64,000 bases of DNA from Vicinamibacterales bacterium (GTDB taxonomy: Bacteria; Acidobacteriota; Vicinamibacteria; Vicinamibacterales; SCN-69-37), in the NCBI GenBank assembly GCA_035547155.1, contig DASZVJ010000133.1:135-64134 (forward strand). The letters run 5' to 3'. The notes under the pieces are model-generated. The model saw only the letters and a list, made by a program, of their open reading frames with translations, was not told the DNA's origin and ran no database searches. Within the stretch, counting starts at the first letter, position 1. Every line of letters starts with the position of its first letter. Shown one piece after another: positions 8,381 to 16,904 of the stretch. A program made the position numbers and the translations under genes.

Positions 8381-10324
8381 TCAGTAGCCCAGACACATCA
8401 GCCACAGACGTGCGCCGCTGACGGCGATGGCGACGGCAAGCGTTGCCGCCACCATCCGGCCGACATGGCCTCGCGCGGCGATCTCGGCGAGCCCGTACGC
8501 GCCAAGACAGACGAAGAGTGGTGCGGCCGCGAGATTCACGCGCATCTGAATGGACGTGAGGATGCCGAGCGCGGTGAAGACGACCCACACGGCGAGCCAG
8601 CCGACGAGCACGAGCGTCAGCCCGTCTCGTCCACGCCGGCGCAGAAGCGCGACGAGGCCGATCACGCTCACGAGCGCGGAGACGATGCCCGGCAGCCCGT
8701 AGTCGTCCGACTGCCCCGTCCACCATCGATGGAACTTCGTCGCCGGCGGCGCGGCAATGGCCGAGCCTGGCGCATCAGCCATCTCGTGTGCTGCGATGCG
8801 CGCCCAGGTCTGTCGATAGACGTCCGTGAAGTGCGAGTAGTAAACCGCATATGCGACGCCGGCCGCGACGAGGCCGAGCGCGAGCAGCCACCATCCGGTT
8901 CGTCGATCCGGTCCGCGCGCGCCAATGACGAGCACGATCGCGATCGCACCGGCGAGCGGGACGCCCACCGAGAATGTGCTGAAGTGCGAGAGATACCCGC
9001 CAATCAGGAACAGGCCGGCGATCCCCGTGGACGCGATGGACGTCGCGCCCGCGGCCGCCCAGCCGACGACGCCCATGGCAACGCCGAAGAGTCCCTGCGC
9101 GAACGCGTTCGTCAGATTCGCATTGCAGAGCGCCTCGATCGGTGCGCGCGCGAACGGCCACAGCGCGGCCGCGAACAGCGCGGCGCGCCGATCGCGCCAT
9201 TGCCGGTATGCCGCGACGTACAGCACGAGGCCGACGATCGCGTTGGCGATGACGGCCGTCCCGCGCAACAAGTGGACTTGATCGAGCTCCGTCGGAAACG
9301 CCGACCAGAACGGCAGCGCGGAGACGTACAGGCCAATCGCGTAGGGGAACTCGAAGAACGGCCGCGGCGTGATCGACGTGAAGAAATACGATCCGCTGCG
9401 GACGAGCTGGGCGCGATGGAGCTGGAAGATGCCGTCGCCGATCGTGGCCAGCGGATGCGTGAACACCGCCAGCATGATCATGGTCGGCGCCAGCACGACG
9501 CCCACCGCCGAGCCCCATCCCGGCGCGCCGGCGAGCACGGGCCATCGCGTTCGCAGCGCGGCGATCACGACGCCAAGCGCGCAGGCGCCTGTCGCCGCAT
9601 GGAACAGTGACTCGCTGTACGTGCCGATGAACGCGCCGTCCTGGAGCGTGAGCCAGACGAGCGCGAGCGCGATGCCGGATGCCCACAGCGTGCCAAGGCC
9701 CGCGCCCACGCCGCAGAGCAGCACGGCCATCGTCGTCAACGCCACGGCGGCAGCGACGTCGATCCCCACGGACCACGCGACGGAGAAGTGACCGGACGCG
9801 GGCGCCAGCTGCAGATCGCGGATGATGACGCCGAGGACGCGCGGATCGCCGGATGGTGTGAACGTGTCGTCGACCTGGAGCGTCAGGACCGCGCGATCCG
9901 TCCCGCGCGGCGGCAGCGTCACCGCGATCGCGGTGTCGCCGTTCGTGGTCTGAAATCGTCCGGCCGGCGCGCCGTCGACCAGCACGTCGACGTGCGGTGG
10001 GGCGACGTCAGCCGGACGCGCGGCGTCGACGATCAGCGTCGCCGTGTACGCCTGCGTGCGATCGAGGTGAGGCAGAGAGATGCGCGCGGATGGCCCGATC
10101 CAGCTGTAGGAACGGCCCGTCGCCGCATCGACTTCCGCGCCCAGGACGCCGCGTGCCGTGAACCATCCACGAGATCGATCGGTCCATCCGCCGTCGGCGA
10201 CCGGACCCGCGAGCGGCGAGCGGACGTATCCGTGCGCACCGGCGAGCAGCAGCATGGCGGCGATCGCGCCAGCGGCGAGGCTGGCGAGCAGCGCGCCCGT
10301 CAGCTGTCTGCGGGCCGCCGTCAT
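8381..10324 (-). CDS. Polytopic membrane protein with N-terminal extracytoplasmic domain (function unknown; polymerase-, ligase- or GT-C-like role possible)
   Basis: 647 aa. One N-terminal TM, then a soluble segment of about 170 aa (…LIVDAARPADVAPPHVDVLVDGAPAGRFQT…LTLQVDDTF…), then at least 12 hydrophobic helices. Confidence 0.65.
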   Translation of the reverse strand: MTAARRQLTGALLASLAAGAIAAMLLLAGAHGYVRSPLAGPVADGGWTDRSRGWFTARGVLGAEVDAATGRSYSWIGPSARISLPHLDRTQAYTATLIVDAARPADVAPPHVDVLVDGAPAGRFQTTNGDTAIAVTLPPRGTDRAVLTLQVDDTFTPSGDPRVLGVIIRDLQLAPASGHFSVAWSVGIDVAAAVALTTMAVLLCGVGAGLGTLWASGIALALVWLTLQDGAFIGTYSESLFHAATGACALGVVIAALRTRWPVLAGAPGWGSAVGVVLAPTMIMLAVFTHPLATIGDGIFQLHRAQLVRSGSYFFTSITPRPFFEFPYAIGLYVSALPFWSAFPTELDQVHLLRGTAVIANAIVGLVLYVAAYRQWRDRRAALFAAALWPFARAPIEALCNANLTNAFAQGLFGVAMGVVGWAAAGATSIASTGIAGLFLIGGYLSHFSTFSVGVPLAGAIAIVLVIGARGPDRRTGWWLLALGLVAAGVAYAVYYSHFTDVYRQTWARIAAHEMADAPGSAIAAPPATKFHRWWTGQSDDYGLPGIVSALVSVIGLVALLRRRGRDGLTLVLVGWLAVWVVFTALGILTSIQMRVNLAAAPLFVCLGAYGLAEIAARGHVGRMVAATLAVAIAVSGARLWLMCLGY

Positions 10325-10358
10325 GTCGTCAGGCTGATGGGGATCACGTCCGTCGCGA

Positions 10359-11834
10359 TCAGTCCGCCGTCGATCGCGCGAAGTGCGGCGTCGCGACCGG
10401 CGCCTTGAAGATCACGCGTGAGGCGACGTGGCTGACGAGATCCCACTTGGTCAGGGCGAGCCGCGCGACGTCGCCGGCGTGGCGCGCGAGATAGCCCGGC
10501 CGGAGATAGAACCGCCGGCGCGCGCGGTTGATCGCGCCCATCACGATGCGATCGTCGAGGCCGTTGCCGGAGAGCAGGTAGTACGAGTACTCCATGCGCG
10601 ACCAGTCGTCGCTCGCGAGCAGGCCGTCGCGCTTCGCCTTGTTGTAGAGCTCCGTGCCGGGGTACGGAACCGCCGGATAGAAATTGGCGAAGTCGGGATC
10701 GAGGTCGATCGCGTACTCGACCGTGCGATCGAGCGACGCGGGCGTGTCGCCGGGGTACCCCATGATGAAGAACGCGAAGGAGCGGATGCCCGCGGCGCGC
10801 ATGTTCGCGACAGCCGCGCGGATCTTCTCGCCTTCGAGACGCTTCATCATGTCCTTGCGCGTCTCTTCGGACTCGGTCTCGATGCCGAGCGCCAGCATCC
10901 AGCAGCCCGCCTGCTTCAGCCGTTTGACGAACGCCGGATCCGTCAAGTTGTCCGCGCGCGCATTGCCGAACCACTGAATCGGCAGCTGGCGCGCGATGAG
11001 CTCTTCGCAGAACGCGCTGAAGCTCTTGACGTTCAGCGTGACCGTGTCGCCCCACAGATAGAAGAACGTCAGGCCCAGCTCGCGGTACCCGCGCTCGATC
11101 TCGTCGACGAGCGCCTTCGCGCTCTTCTCGCGGAACTTGTGTCCCTGGTGCAACGGCGCGATGCAGAAGTCGCACGAGTACGGACAGCCGCGCGACGTCT
11201 CGACGATCACGTACCGCTGGTTGACGACCGGCAGACGGTAGACGGAGAGATCGAGCAGGTGCCAGGCTGGGTACGGCGCGTTCAGAAAGCCCGTGAACGA
11301 GCCGTGTGCGCGATGCGGGACAACGCTGCCGTCGCGGCGCCGGAACGTGAGGCTCGGAATCTGGTCGAATTGATCCGTCGACTCGAGCGCGGCGAGCGCG
11401 ACGAGCCCGTCCTCGGGCTCGCCGACGAGCATGGCGTCGATCGACGTGGCGCGTGCCATCGATTCGGCCGGCGCCGTCGACGCATGTGGGCCGAAGCAGA
11501 TGAGCGGTGCGCCGTAGCGCGCCTTGACGCGCGCCATCATGCGGGCATCGGCCTCGAGCGTGGGCGTCGTGCTGGGGAACACCACGAGCGTGGGATGGAA
11601 GCCCTCGCGATCGAGACGCGCGATCAAGTCGTCGATCGACTGCCGCGTCGCCGTCAGGTCGATCAGGCGCACGTCGCATCCACGCTCGCCCAGGAGCGTG
11701 GCGGCGAGGGCCAGCGTGTACGGGGGCTTCGTCGTGCCGAGCACTTCCTCGCGCTCCTGGCAGCGGCCTTGCCGCGTGAATGCCAGGCCGCCGACGAGCG
11801 GCGGATTGACGAGAAGGGTTTTCGCACCAAGCAT
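10359..11834 (-). CDS. B12-binding (class B) radical SAM enzyme
   Basis: 491 aa. N-terminal cobalamin-binding-like Rossmann segment (LLVNPP…TLALAATLLGERGCDVRLIDL) followed by the SRGCPYSCDFCIAP CxxxCxxC cluster motif. Confidence 0.85.
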   Translation of the reverse strand: MLGAKTLLVNPPLVGGLAFTRQGRCQEREEVLGTTKPPYTLALAATLLGERGCDVRLIDLTATRQSIDDLIARLDREGFHPTLVVFPSTTPTLEADARMMARVKARYGAPLICFGPHASTAPAESMARATSIDAMLVGEPEDGLVALAALESTDQFDQIPSLTFRRRDGSVVPHRAHGSFTGFLNAPYPAWHLLDLSVYRLPVVNQRYVIVETSRGCPYSCDFCIAPLHQGHKFREKSAKALVDEIERGYRELGLTFFYLWGDTVTLNVKSFSAFCEELIARQLPIQWFGNARADNLTDPAFVKRLKQAGCWMLALGIETESEETRKDMMKRLEGEKIRAAVANMRAAGIRSFAFFIMGYPGDTPASLDRTVEYAIDLDPDFANFYPAVPYPGTELYNKAKRDGLLASDDWSRMEYSYYLLSGNGLDDRIVMGAINRARRRFYLRPGYLARHAGDVARLALTKWDLVSHVASRVIFKAPVATPHFARSTAD

Positions 11835-11867
11835 CAGGAGTTCCCGATCAGCCTTGGAAAGATACCA

Positions 11868-13601
11868 TTAGTCCACACGCCAGACTTCGACCACGGGCCC
11901 CGGCCGTTCCAGCGCCGCACTGATGCGCGCGTCGGTGTTGTGGATGAACGGCGGCACGGTGGCGCGCACATCCGCCGTGTCCTGACGATAGGGCGAGACG
12001 CGCGCGACGAGATGCGCGTCCCGCTCGAGCGCGGCCGAGAGCGGCGCGAGCACCGGATCGTCGACGTCGAATCGCTTCACGACGACGTACGCGATGCCGA
12101 GCGCGCGGAGCGGAGCGAGATCCGTGCCGGCGTCGAACGCCGACGGCGACAGATAGATCTTGTCGACGTCCAGTCCGCCGTCGCCGAGGAAGATCGTCCG
12201 ATAGGCCGGCGAGGGATACGGCGTCAGGGCGCGCAGCCGCTGAAAGCGAATCGACGCGCGTTCCGGCGATCCCAGATGCGACGTCAACGCCTCGTCGAGC
12301 CCGGCGCGCGACTGCCGCAGGGGCACGCTGTACGGCTGGATGAGAATCGATGCGCCGTCCGGGATCGATCGCTCGATCCAGTCGAGGGCGAGCGTGCGTG
12401 TGTCGGTTTGCCGCAGGAACAGATCGCCGCGGACGCTCGCCTGCATCCCGTCCGCGAGCGCCAGCGCCAGGACGATCCAGGCCGCGTGACGCACGAGCCC
12501 GCGCCGTTCCGCGATCCACCCGACGGCCGCGCCGGCCGACAGGGCGACGAACGGCACGATCGGATTCAGATAGCGGCTCGCCGGCACCGTGTTCGCGATG
12601 AACAGGAGGAACGTCACGGGAAACGCCAGGAGCATCGCCGTCTCTCGCGCGCGCCGGCGCCACGCGACGATGACGCCACCGATCGCCAGCGCCGTCGTCA
12701 TCACGCCCGCGCCGTCACGGACGAGCCAGCTCAGATAGAACGGCATCGATCCGAACAAGCCGGCCGTCGTCGTCGCGCGATCGACGACAATCTCGCGGTT
12801 GGCGACGACGTCGCGGATCGCGGTCAGCGGATCGATCGCGATGAATGGCGACGCAACGAGGAAGGTCCCCGCGACCGCGAGCCCCGAGAAGGTCAGCGCG
12901 TCGAGGCGTGTCCGCCACGATTGCGAATCGCGCGGCCAGAGCGCCGCGGCGATGAGCGGCACGGCCAGGAAGACGGCGTAGTAGTGCGTCGACATCGCGA
13001 GGCCGGCGAGGACGGACGGCCAGAGGAGACGTTGCCTGAGCCACGGCCGCGTATCTGATGCCGCGAGCGATGCGCACGTCAGCACGATCAGCCACGTGAC
13101 CGGCACGTCGTGTTTGACGTAGTGCGCGTCGCGGACCGCGAGCGGCGCAACGGCGAGCATCAGCGCCGCCGACACGCCGGCCACGCGGCCGAACAACCTC
13201 GAGCCGAGCCGCCACGTCGTCCACACCGTCAACACGCCGCAGAGCGCCGATAACAGGCGGCCTGCGACGTAGATCGACGTTGGGTCGACGAAGAACGCGC
13301 GCTCGAAGGCGGCCAGCGATCCGAAGACCCCCGTCAACCGTCCCGCCGCGAACCACGCGCCTTCCCAGACGAACAGCGCGTAGAAGTACAGCGACGGATA
13401 CAGAAAGTTGTGCGGATTGCCGCCGTTCTGCGCGAGGGCCATCGCGCGGTTCATGATCGCGACTTCGTCCGGGTTGTACACCGCAGGCAGGCCGTACCGG
13501 ATCCCGATGACACGAAGCGCGGCGGCGACGACGATCACCGCCGCGAGCGTGAGGCCGATTGCGAGTGGCCAGTGACGAGCCGGACGGACGTCAGTCGCCA
13601 T
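11868..13601 (-). CDS. ArnT/PMT-like GT-C fold membrane glycosyltransferase
   Basis: Start taken at the ATG at 13601 (MATDVRPARHWPLAIGLTLAAV…). The upstream part of the track ORF (to 13832) overlaps the flippase gene and is Arg/Cys-rich junk. YNPDEVAIMNRA Asp-Glu loop motif after TM1. More than 10 TM helices plus a C-terminal soluble domain. Confidence 0.75.
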   Translation of the reverse strand: MATDVRPARHWPLAIGLTLAAVIVVAAALRVIGIRYGLPAVYNPDEVAIMNRAMALAQNGGNPHNFLYPSLYFYALFVWEGAWFAAGRLTGVFGSLAAFERAFFVDPTSIYVAGRLLSALCGVLTVWTTWRLGSRLFGRVAGVSAALMLAVAPLAVRDAHYVKHDVPVTWLIVLTCASLAASDTRPWLRQRLLWPSVLAGLAMSTHYYAVFLAVPLIAAALWPRDSQSWRTRLDALTFSGLAVAGTFLVASPFIAIDPLTAIRDVVANREIVVDRATTTAGLFGSMPFYLSWLVRDGAGVMTTALAIGGVIVAWRRRARETAMLLAFPVTFLLFIANTVPASRYLNPIVPFVALSAGAAVGWIAERRGLVRHAAWIVLALALADGMQASVRGDLFLRQTDTRTLALDWIERSIPDGASILIQPYSVPLRQSRAGLDEALTSHLGSPERASIRFQRLRALTPYPSPAYRTIFLGDGGLDVDKIYLSPSAFDAGTDLAPLRALGIAYVVVKRFDVDDPVLAPLSAALERDAHLVARVSPYRQDTADVRATVPPFIHNTDARISAALERPGPVVEVWRVD

Positions 13602-15081
13602 TGCGCGGTGAGACGCGGCGGCGTTGCCGCCAACGCGTCCAGATCTCTCGAAGGAAGTCGCGTTCCGACGTCCGGAAGAAACCGGTCGCCAACAGGCACG
13701 CGGCAAAGACGGCGACGGTCGTCGAGCCGCGAGCGAGCAGGCCGAGCCACGGTGGCATCGCCGGCAGCGCGATCGCCGCCAGCGTCGCGGCGACGCCCGA
13801 GAGCAGAATACGCGCGAGCCGTCCGCGCTCATACGCGACGTGATAGACGCGCTGCGCCAGCACGAACGCCACGACGGCCTGGGTCGCGTAGGACGCGAAG
13901 AGCGTCAGTCCGGCGCCGATCAATCCGTGTCGCGGAATCAGCCACGATCCGAGCGCAATGCTCACGCCCGCGGCCGTGAGCGTCGCGACAGGGTAGAACT
14001 CCGTGCGGCTCGTGAGATTCAAGCCGATCGACGTCAACTGATAGATGCCTTGGATCGCGAACGCCGCGGCGACGAGCGGCACGATGGGCACGGCCTTCAG
14101 ATACTCGGGCCGCAGGAGCAGCAGAATCGCGTCGTGCGCCACGGCTGTCGTTCCGGCCACGAGCAGCACGAAGACCGCGACGCCGTACGTCGCCATCTTG
14201 GCGAAGATCGCGCGTGCATCGGGCTGACGTGCCGTCGCGTAGTAGAACGGGGCGAAGGCGTTTTCGAGCGCGTTCTTGAAGTAGGCGACGCCGGCGCCGA
14301 GCGTGGCGCCGTTCTGATAGACGCCCACGAGATCCGCGGACACGGACTGCCCGAGCATGAGCTTCGGATTGCCGTCGAGCGTCTGCGACGCCAGACCGTG
14401 CGGCAGCCGCGGCAGGCCGAACCGCAGCACGCGCCGCAGCTCGGCCATCGAGCCATCGAACGTCACGAGCGAGCGCGCCCACGGCCACATGAGCGGCAGC
14501 AGGATGACCGTCAGCACGATGTCCGCCGCATAGATGCCCGTGACGCCCATGCGCAGGCCGATGACCAGCGCGATCCGCAGCAGCACCGTCCCCGCGGTGC
14601 GCGCGAAGGTGAACAGACTGAAGATGGCAGCCGCGTTCTGCATGCGCATCGTGTGCTGCGGCAGGAACGTAAAGGCCATCAGGAACATGTTGACGAGCAT
14701 CAGTCGCAGCGCCAGCAGATAGGACGGATCGAGCGCGATGACGTGCGCGAGCCACCGGCTCGCGAGCCATGCGATCGCGAGCAGGGCACCGTTGGCCACG
14801 ACCATGAACCAGACGATCGTGCTGGCCATCCGTGCGCGCTCCCGGCCCTCGGCGCGGTCGTGATAGAAGCGCATGAATGCGCCGTCGAGGCCCCAGCGGT
14901 TGATGACTTTGGCGAAGGCTTCGATCGATCCGATGAGCGCGAGCGCGCCGAAATCGACGGCGGTGAGGAATCTGAACCGGACGTAGACCGGAAGCAGGAG
15001 CGCGTTGACCAACGCGATCGCCGCATCGCCGGCGCCGTAGATGGCGACGCTCTTCGTGAAATCTTTCAGACGATCGCGCAA
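13591..15081 (-). CDS. Wzx-type oligosaccharide flippase (MOP/polysaccharide biosynthesis protein family)
   Basis: 496 aa, about 12-14 hydrophobic helices. The N-terminus MRDRLKDFTKSVAIYGAGDAAIALVNALLLPVY is typical of the PST/MOP family. Confidence 0.8.
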   Translation of the reverse strand: MRDRLKDFTKSVAIYGAGDAAIALVNALLLPVYVRFRFLTAVDFGALALIGSIEAFAKVINRWGLDGAFMRFYHDRAEGRERARMASTIVWFMVVANGALLAIAWLASRWLAHVIALDPSYLLALRLMLVNMFLMAFTFLPQHTMRMQNAAAIFSLFTFARTAGTVLLRIALVIGLRMGVTGIYAADIVLTVILLPLMWPWARSLVTFDGSMAELRRVLRFGLPRLPHGLASQTLDGNPKLMLGQSVSADLVGVYQNGATLGAGVAYFKNALENAFAPFYYATARQPDARAIFAKMATYGVAVFVLLVAGTTAVAHDAILLLLRPEYLKAVPIVPLVAAAFAIQGIYQLTSIGLNLTSRTEFYPVATLTAAGVSIALGSWLIPRHGLIGAGLTLFASYATQAVVAFVLAQRVYHVAYERGRLARILLSGVAATLAAIALPAMPPWLGLLARGSTTVAVFAACLLATGFFRTSERDFLREIWTRWRQRRRVSPRNGD

Positions 15082-15120
15082 GGTCCCGCGAAGTTTACAC
15101 GAGCGACCGCCGGCGTCCGG

Positions 15121-15903
15121 CTAGCGGCCGGGCTGCGGGAGCGGGATTGGTGGCGGTGTTTGCGCGGGCGCGGGCGCCACGGTGCCAGGCGCACCGGCCT
15201 GCGGCGCCGCTGGACCGCTGGTCACCGGCACGATCGGCACGAACGTTCCCGGCGTGCCCGGTGGCGGCGGTGCCGGCGTGCTCGTCGTCGGATAGGAGGA
15301 CGGCGGCACCATGCCCGGCGGCAGCGGCGCGCTGGACGTCGGCGTGGGCGGCGCAGAAGCCATGGGCGGCTGGGCCAGCGCCGCGCCCGGCGCGATCGGC
15401 GTCACCGGTGGAATTTCATCGTCCGGTCCTCCGGACGTCGAAATCCCGTACGACGGCGTCGCCTGCGATGGCACGTACGAGCTCGCCGAGGGCATGCTCG
15501 TGGCGACGATGTAGATCGTCTCGAAGTTGGACTTGCTGGTCACTCCCGCGCGCTGCGGCGTCAGCACGAAGCCGGCCGCCTGACGCAGCAGCGACTCGAG
15601 CACCGTCGCCTGCGGCTGATGCTCGAACAGCAGCGGGATCTCGAGCGGACCGCCCATCATCTTGTCGCCGTTGACGACGTAGCATCCGCACTGGCGCGCC
15701 CACTCGGCGAGGATGTCGCGAATCGTGACGCCCTTGGCCGAGAGGGAGACGCGGCCGTCGGACTCGAAGGTCAACTGCAGCACGCGGCCGGGATCCCCCG
15801 CCTGCGGAGTCGGCATGCCAGGCGGCGCAGGAAACTGCGCGCGCGCGGCAGCCGGCGCGCTGACGGCAGCGATCACGGCGAGAGCGAGAATGCGCATCCG
15901 CAT
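15121..15903 (-). CDS. Secreted protein: signal peptide, STN/secretin-N-like small domain, long Ser/Thr/Pro-rich tail
   Basis: Start taken at the ATG at 15903 (MRMRILALAVIAAVSAPAAARAQ…). The track ORF extension to 16275 overlaps the SPASM gene. Domain segment VSLSAKGVTIRDILAEWARQCGCYVV…ATVLESLLRQAAGFVL. Tail PSASSYVPSQATPSYGISTSGG…PPTPTSSAPLPPGMVPPSSYPTTSTPAPPPPGTPG…. Confidence 0.6.
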   Translation of the reverse strand: MRMRILALAVIAAVSAPAAARAQFPAPPGMPTPQAGDPGRVLQLTFESDGRVSLSAKGVTIRDILAEWARQCGCYVVNGDKMMGGPLEIPLLFEHQPQATVLESLLRQAAGFVLTPQRAGVTSKSNFETIYIVATSMPSASSYVPSQATPSYGISTSGGPDDEIPPVTPIAPGAALAQPPMASAPPTPTSSAPLPPGMVPPSSYPTTSTPAPPPPGTPGTFVPIVPVTSGPAAPQAGAPGTVAPAPAQTPPPIPLPQPGR

Positions 15904-15944
15904 GGCCGGAAACGGGAAGTATACCTGCTTGGACGAGGAACGGC

Positions 15945-16892
15945 TCAGAACAGCCGGGTGACCCAGAGGGGCGAGTCCTTTTTCGGCAGATCGCAGGACC
16001 GGCAGATCTCGGGGCCGCCGCTGTCGAGGTGCTGGCGGCGCACGGCGCGATAGGCGGGGGAGTTCCAGACGGCGGCGATCGTCGACGTCCGGAGGTCGCC
16101 GAGCACGTTGCGGCCGTCGTAGTCCGCGCAGCACAGCGAGACGCGGCCGTCCCACAGCACCGTGAAGGTCTGCCACAGCCGGTAGCACGGATAGCGCACG
16201 TTCGATCGCTCGTGCAGCGTGCCCGCCCAATTGTGCAAGTCCGTGATGTGGATCTTGTCGGCGATCGCGCCCCATTCGCGAATGAACGCCTGCTCGTCGG
16301 CCGAGTTGTCCTGGCGCACGAACGACAGAATCAGGCGCGGGCGCTTCTTGCCGAGCTCCTGGCGCAGGCGCACGAGCGTGCGGATGTTGCCGATCACCGT
16401 GTCGTAGTCGAGGTTCAGACGCGTGCGCTCGAAGACATCCTTGCCCGCGGCGTCGACGCTGATGTTGATCGCGTCCAGCCCGGCCTCGATCATGCCGCGG
16501 GCGATGTCCTCCGAGATCAGCGAGCCGTTGCTGATCATGCCGACTTCCGCGATGCCGCGCTGCTTGGCGTAGCGCACCTTCTCGACGAGCTGTTTGTCGA
16601 GGAACGGCTCACCGTAGTTGTGCACGCGGACGTGCGTGATGCCGAGCGCGGCGCACTCGTCGACGATCTTCTTGAACAGATCGATGTCCATCACGCCCTG
16701 GCGCCGGTGCATCTCGTCGCGCGGACAGAAGACGCACTTGGCGTTGCAGAGGTTCGTGCTCTCGATCTGGACGATATCGGGCAGACGCGGCGCGCGATCG
16801 CGGCCGGTCGCGAGCATCAACCGCCGAACGGATTTCGCGTTGCTGGAAAGCAGCCGCTCGGCGGCCCGCCGTGCGTGCCTGGTGACAGCCAC
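15945..16892 (-). CDS. Radical SAM / SPASM-domain protein
   Basis: 315 aa. IESTNLCNAKCVFCPRDEM carries the CxxxCxxC motif. C-terminal Cys-rich auxiliary-cluster region CYRLWQT…LCCADYDG…PEICRSCDLP. Confidence 0.85.
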   Translation of the reverse strand: MAVTRHARRAAERLLSSNAKSVRRLMLATGRDRAPRLPDIVQIESTNLCNAKCVFCPRDEMHRRQGVMDIDLFKKIVDECAALGITHVRVHNYGEPFLDKQLVEKVRYAKQRGIAEVGMISNGSLISEDIARGMIEAGLDAINISVDAAGKDVFERTRLNLDYDTVIGNIRTLVRLRQELGKKRPRLILSFVRQDNSADEQAFIREWGAIADKIHITDLHNWAGTLHERSNVRYPCYRLWQTFTVLWDGRVSLCCADYDGRNVLGDLRTSTIAAVWNSPAYRAVRRQHLDSGGPEICRSCDLPKKDSPLWVTRLF

Positions 16893-16904
16893 AAGTAAGA
16901 TCGA

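Noticed and set aside
10359-11834. Assigning the B12 radical SAM enzyme to hopanoid or tetraether-lipid methylation or synthesis
   Set aside because: I cannot support this from sequence by eye, and the genomic context is glycan assembly. It is kept only as an alternative hypothesis within the finding.
10428-13058. 876-aa plus-strand ORF
   Set aside because: It is antisense to the B12 radical SAM gene and a GT-C gene, both of which have clear motifs. Its translation is Arg/Asp/Glu/His-rich low-complexity sequence, typical of antisense frames in high-GC DNA.
13624-16053. 809-aa plus-strand ORF
   Set aside because: It is antisense to the flippase, the secreted protein and the SPASM gene. It has an RRRR/HRH-rich composition and no motifs.
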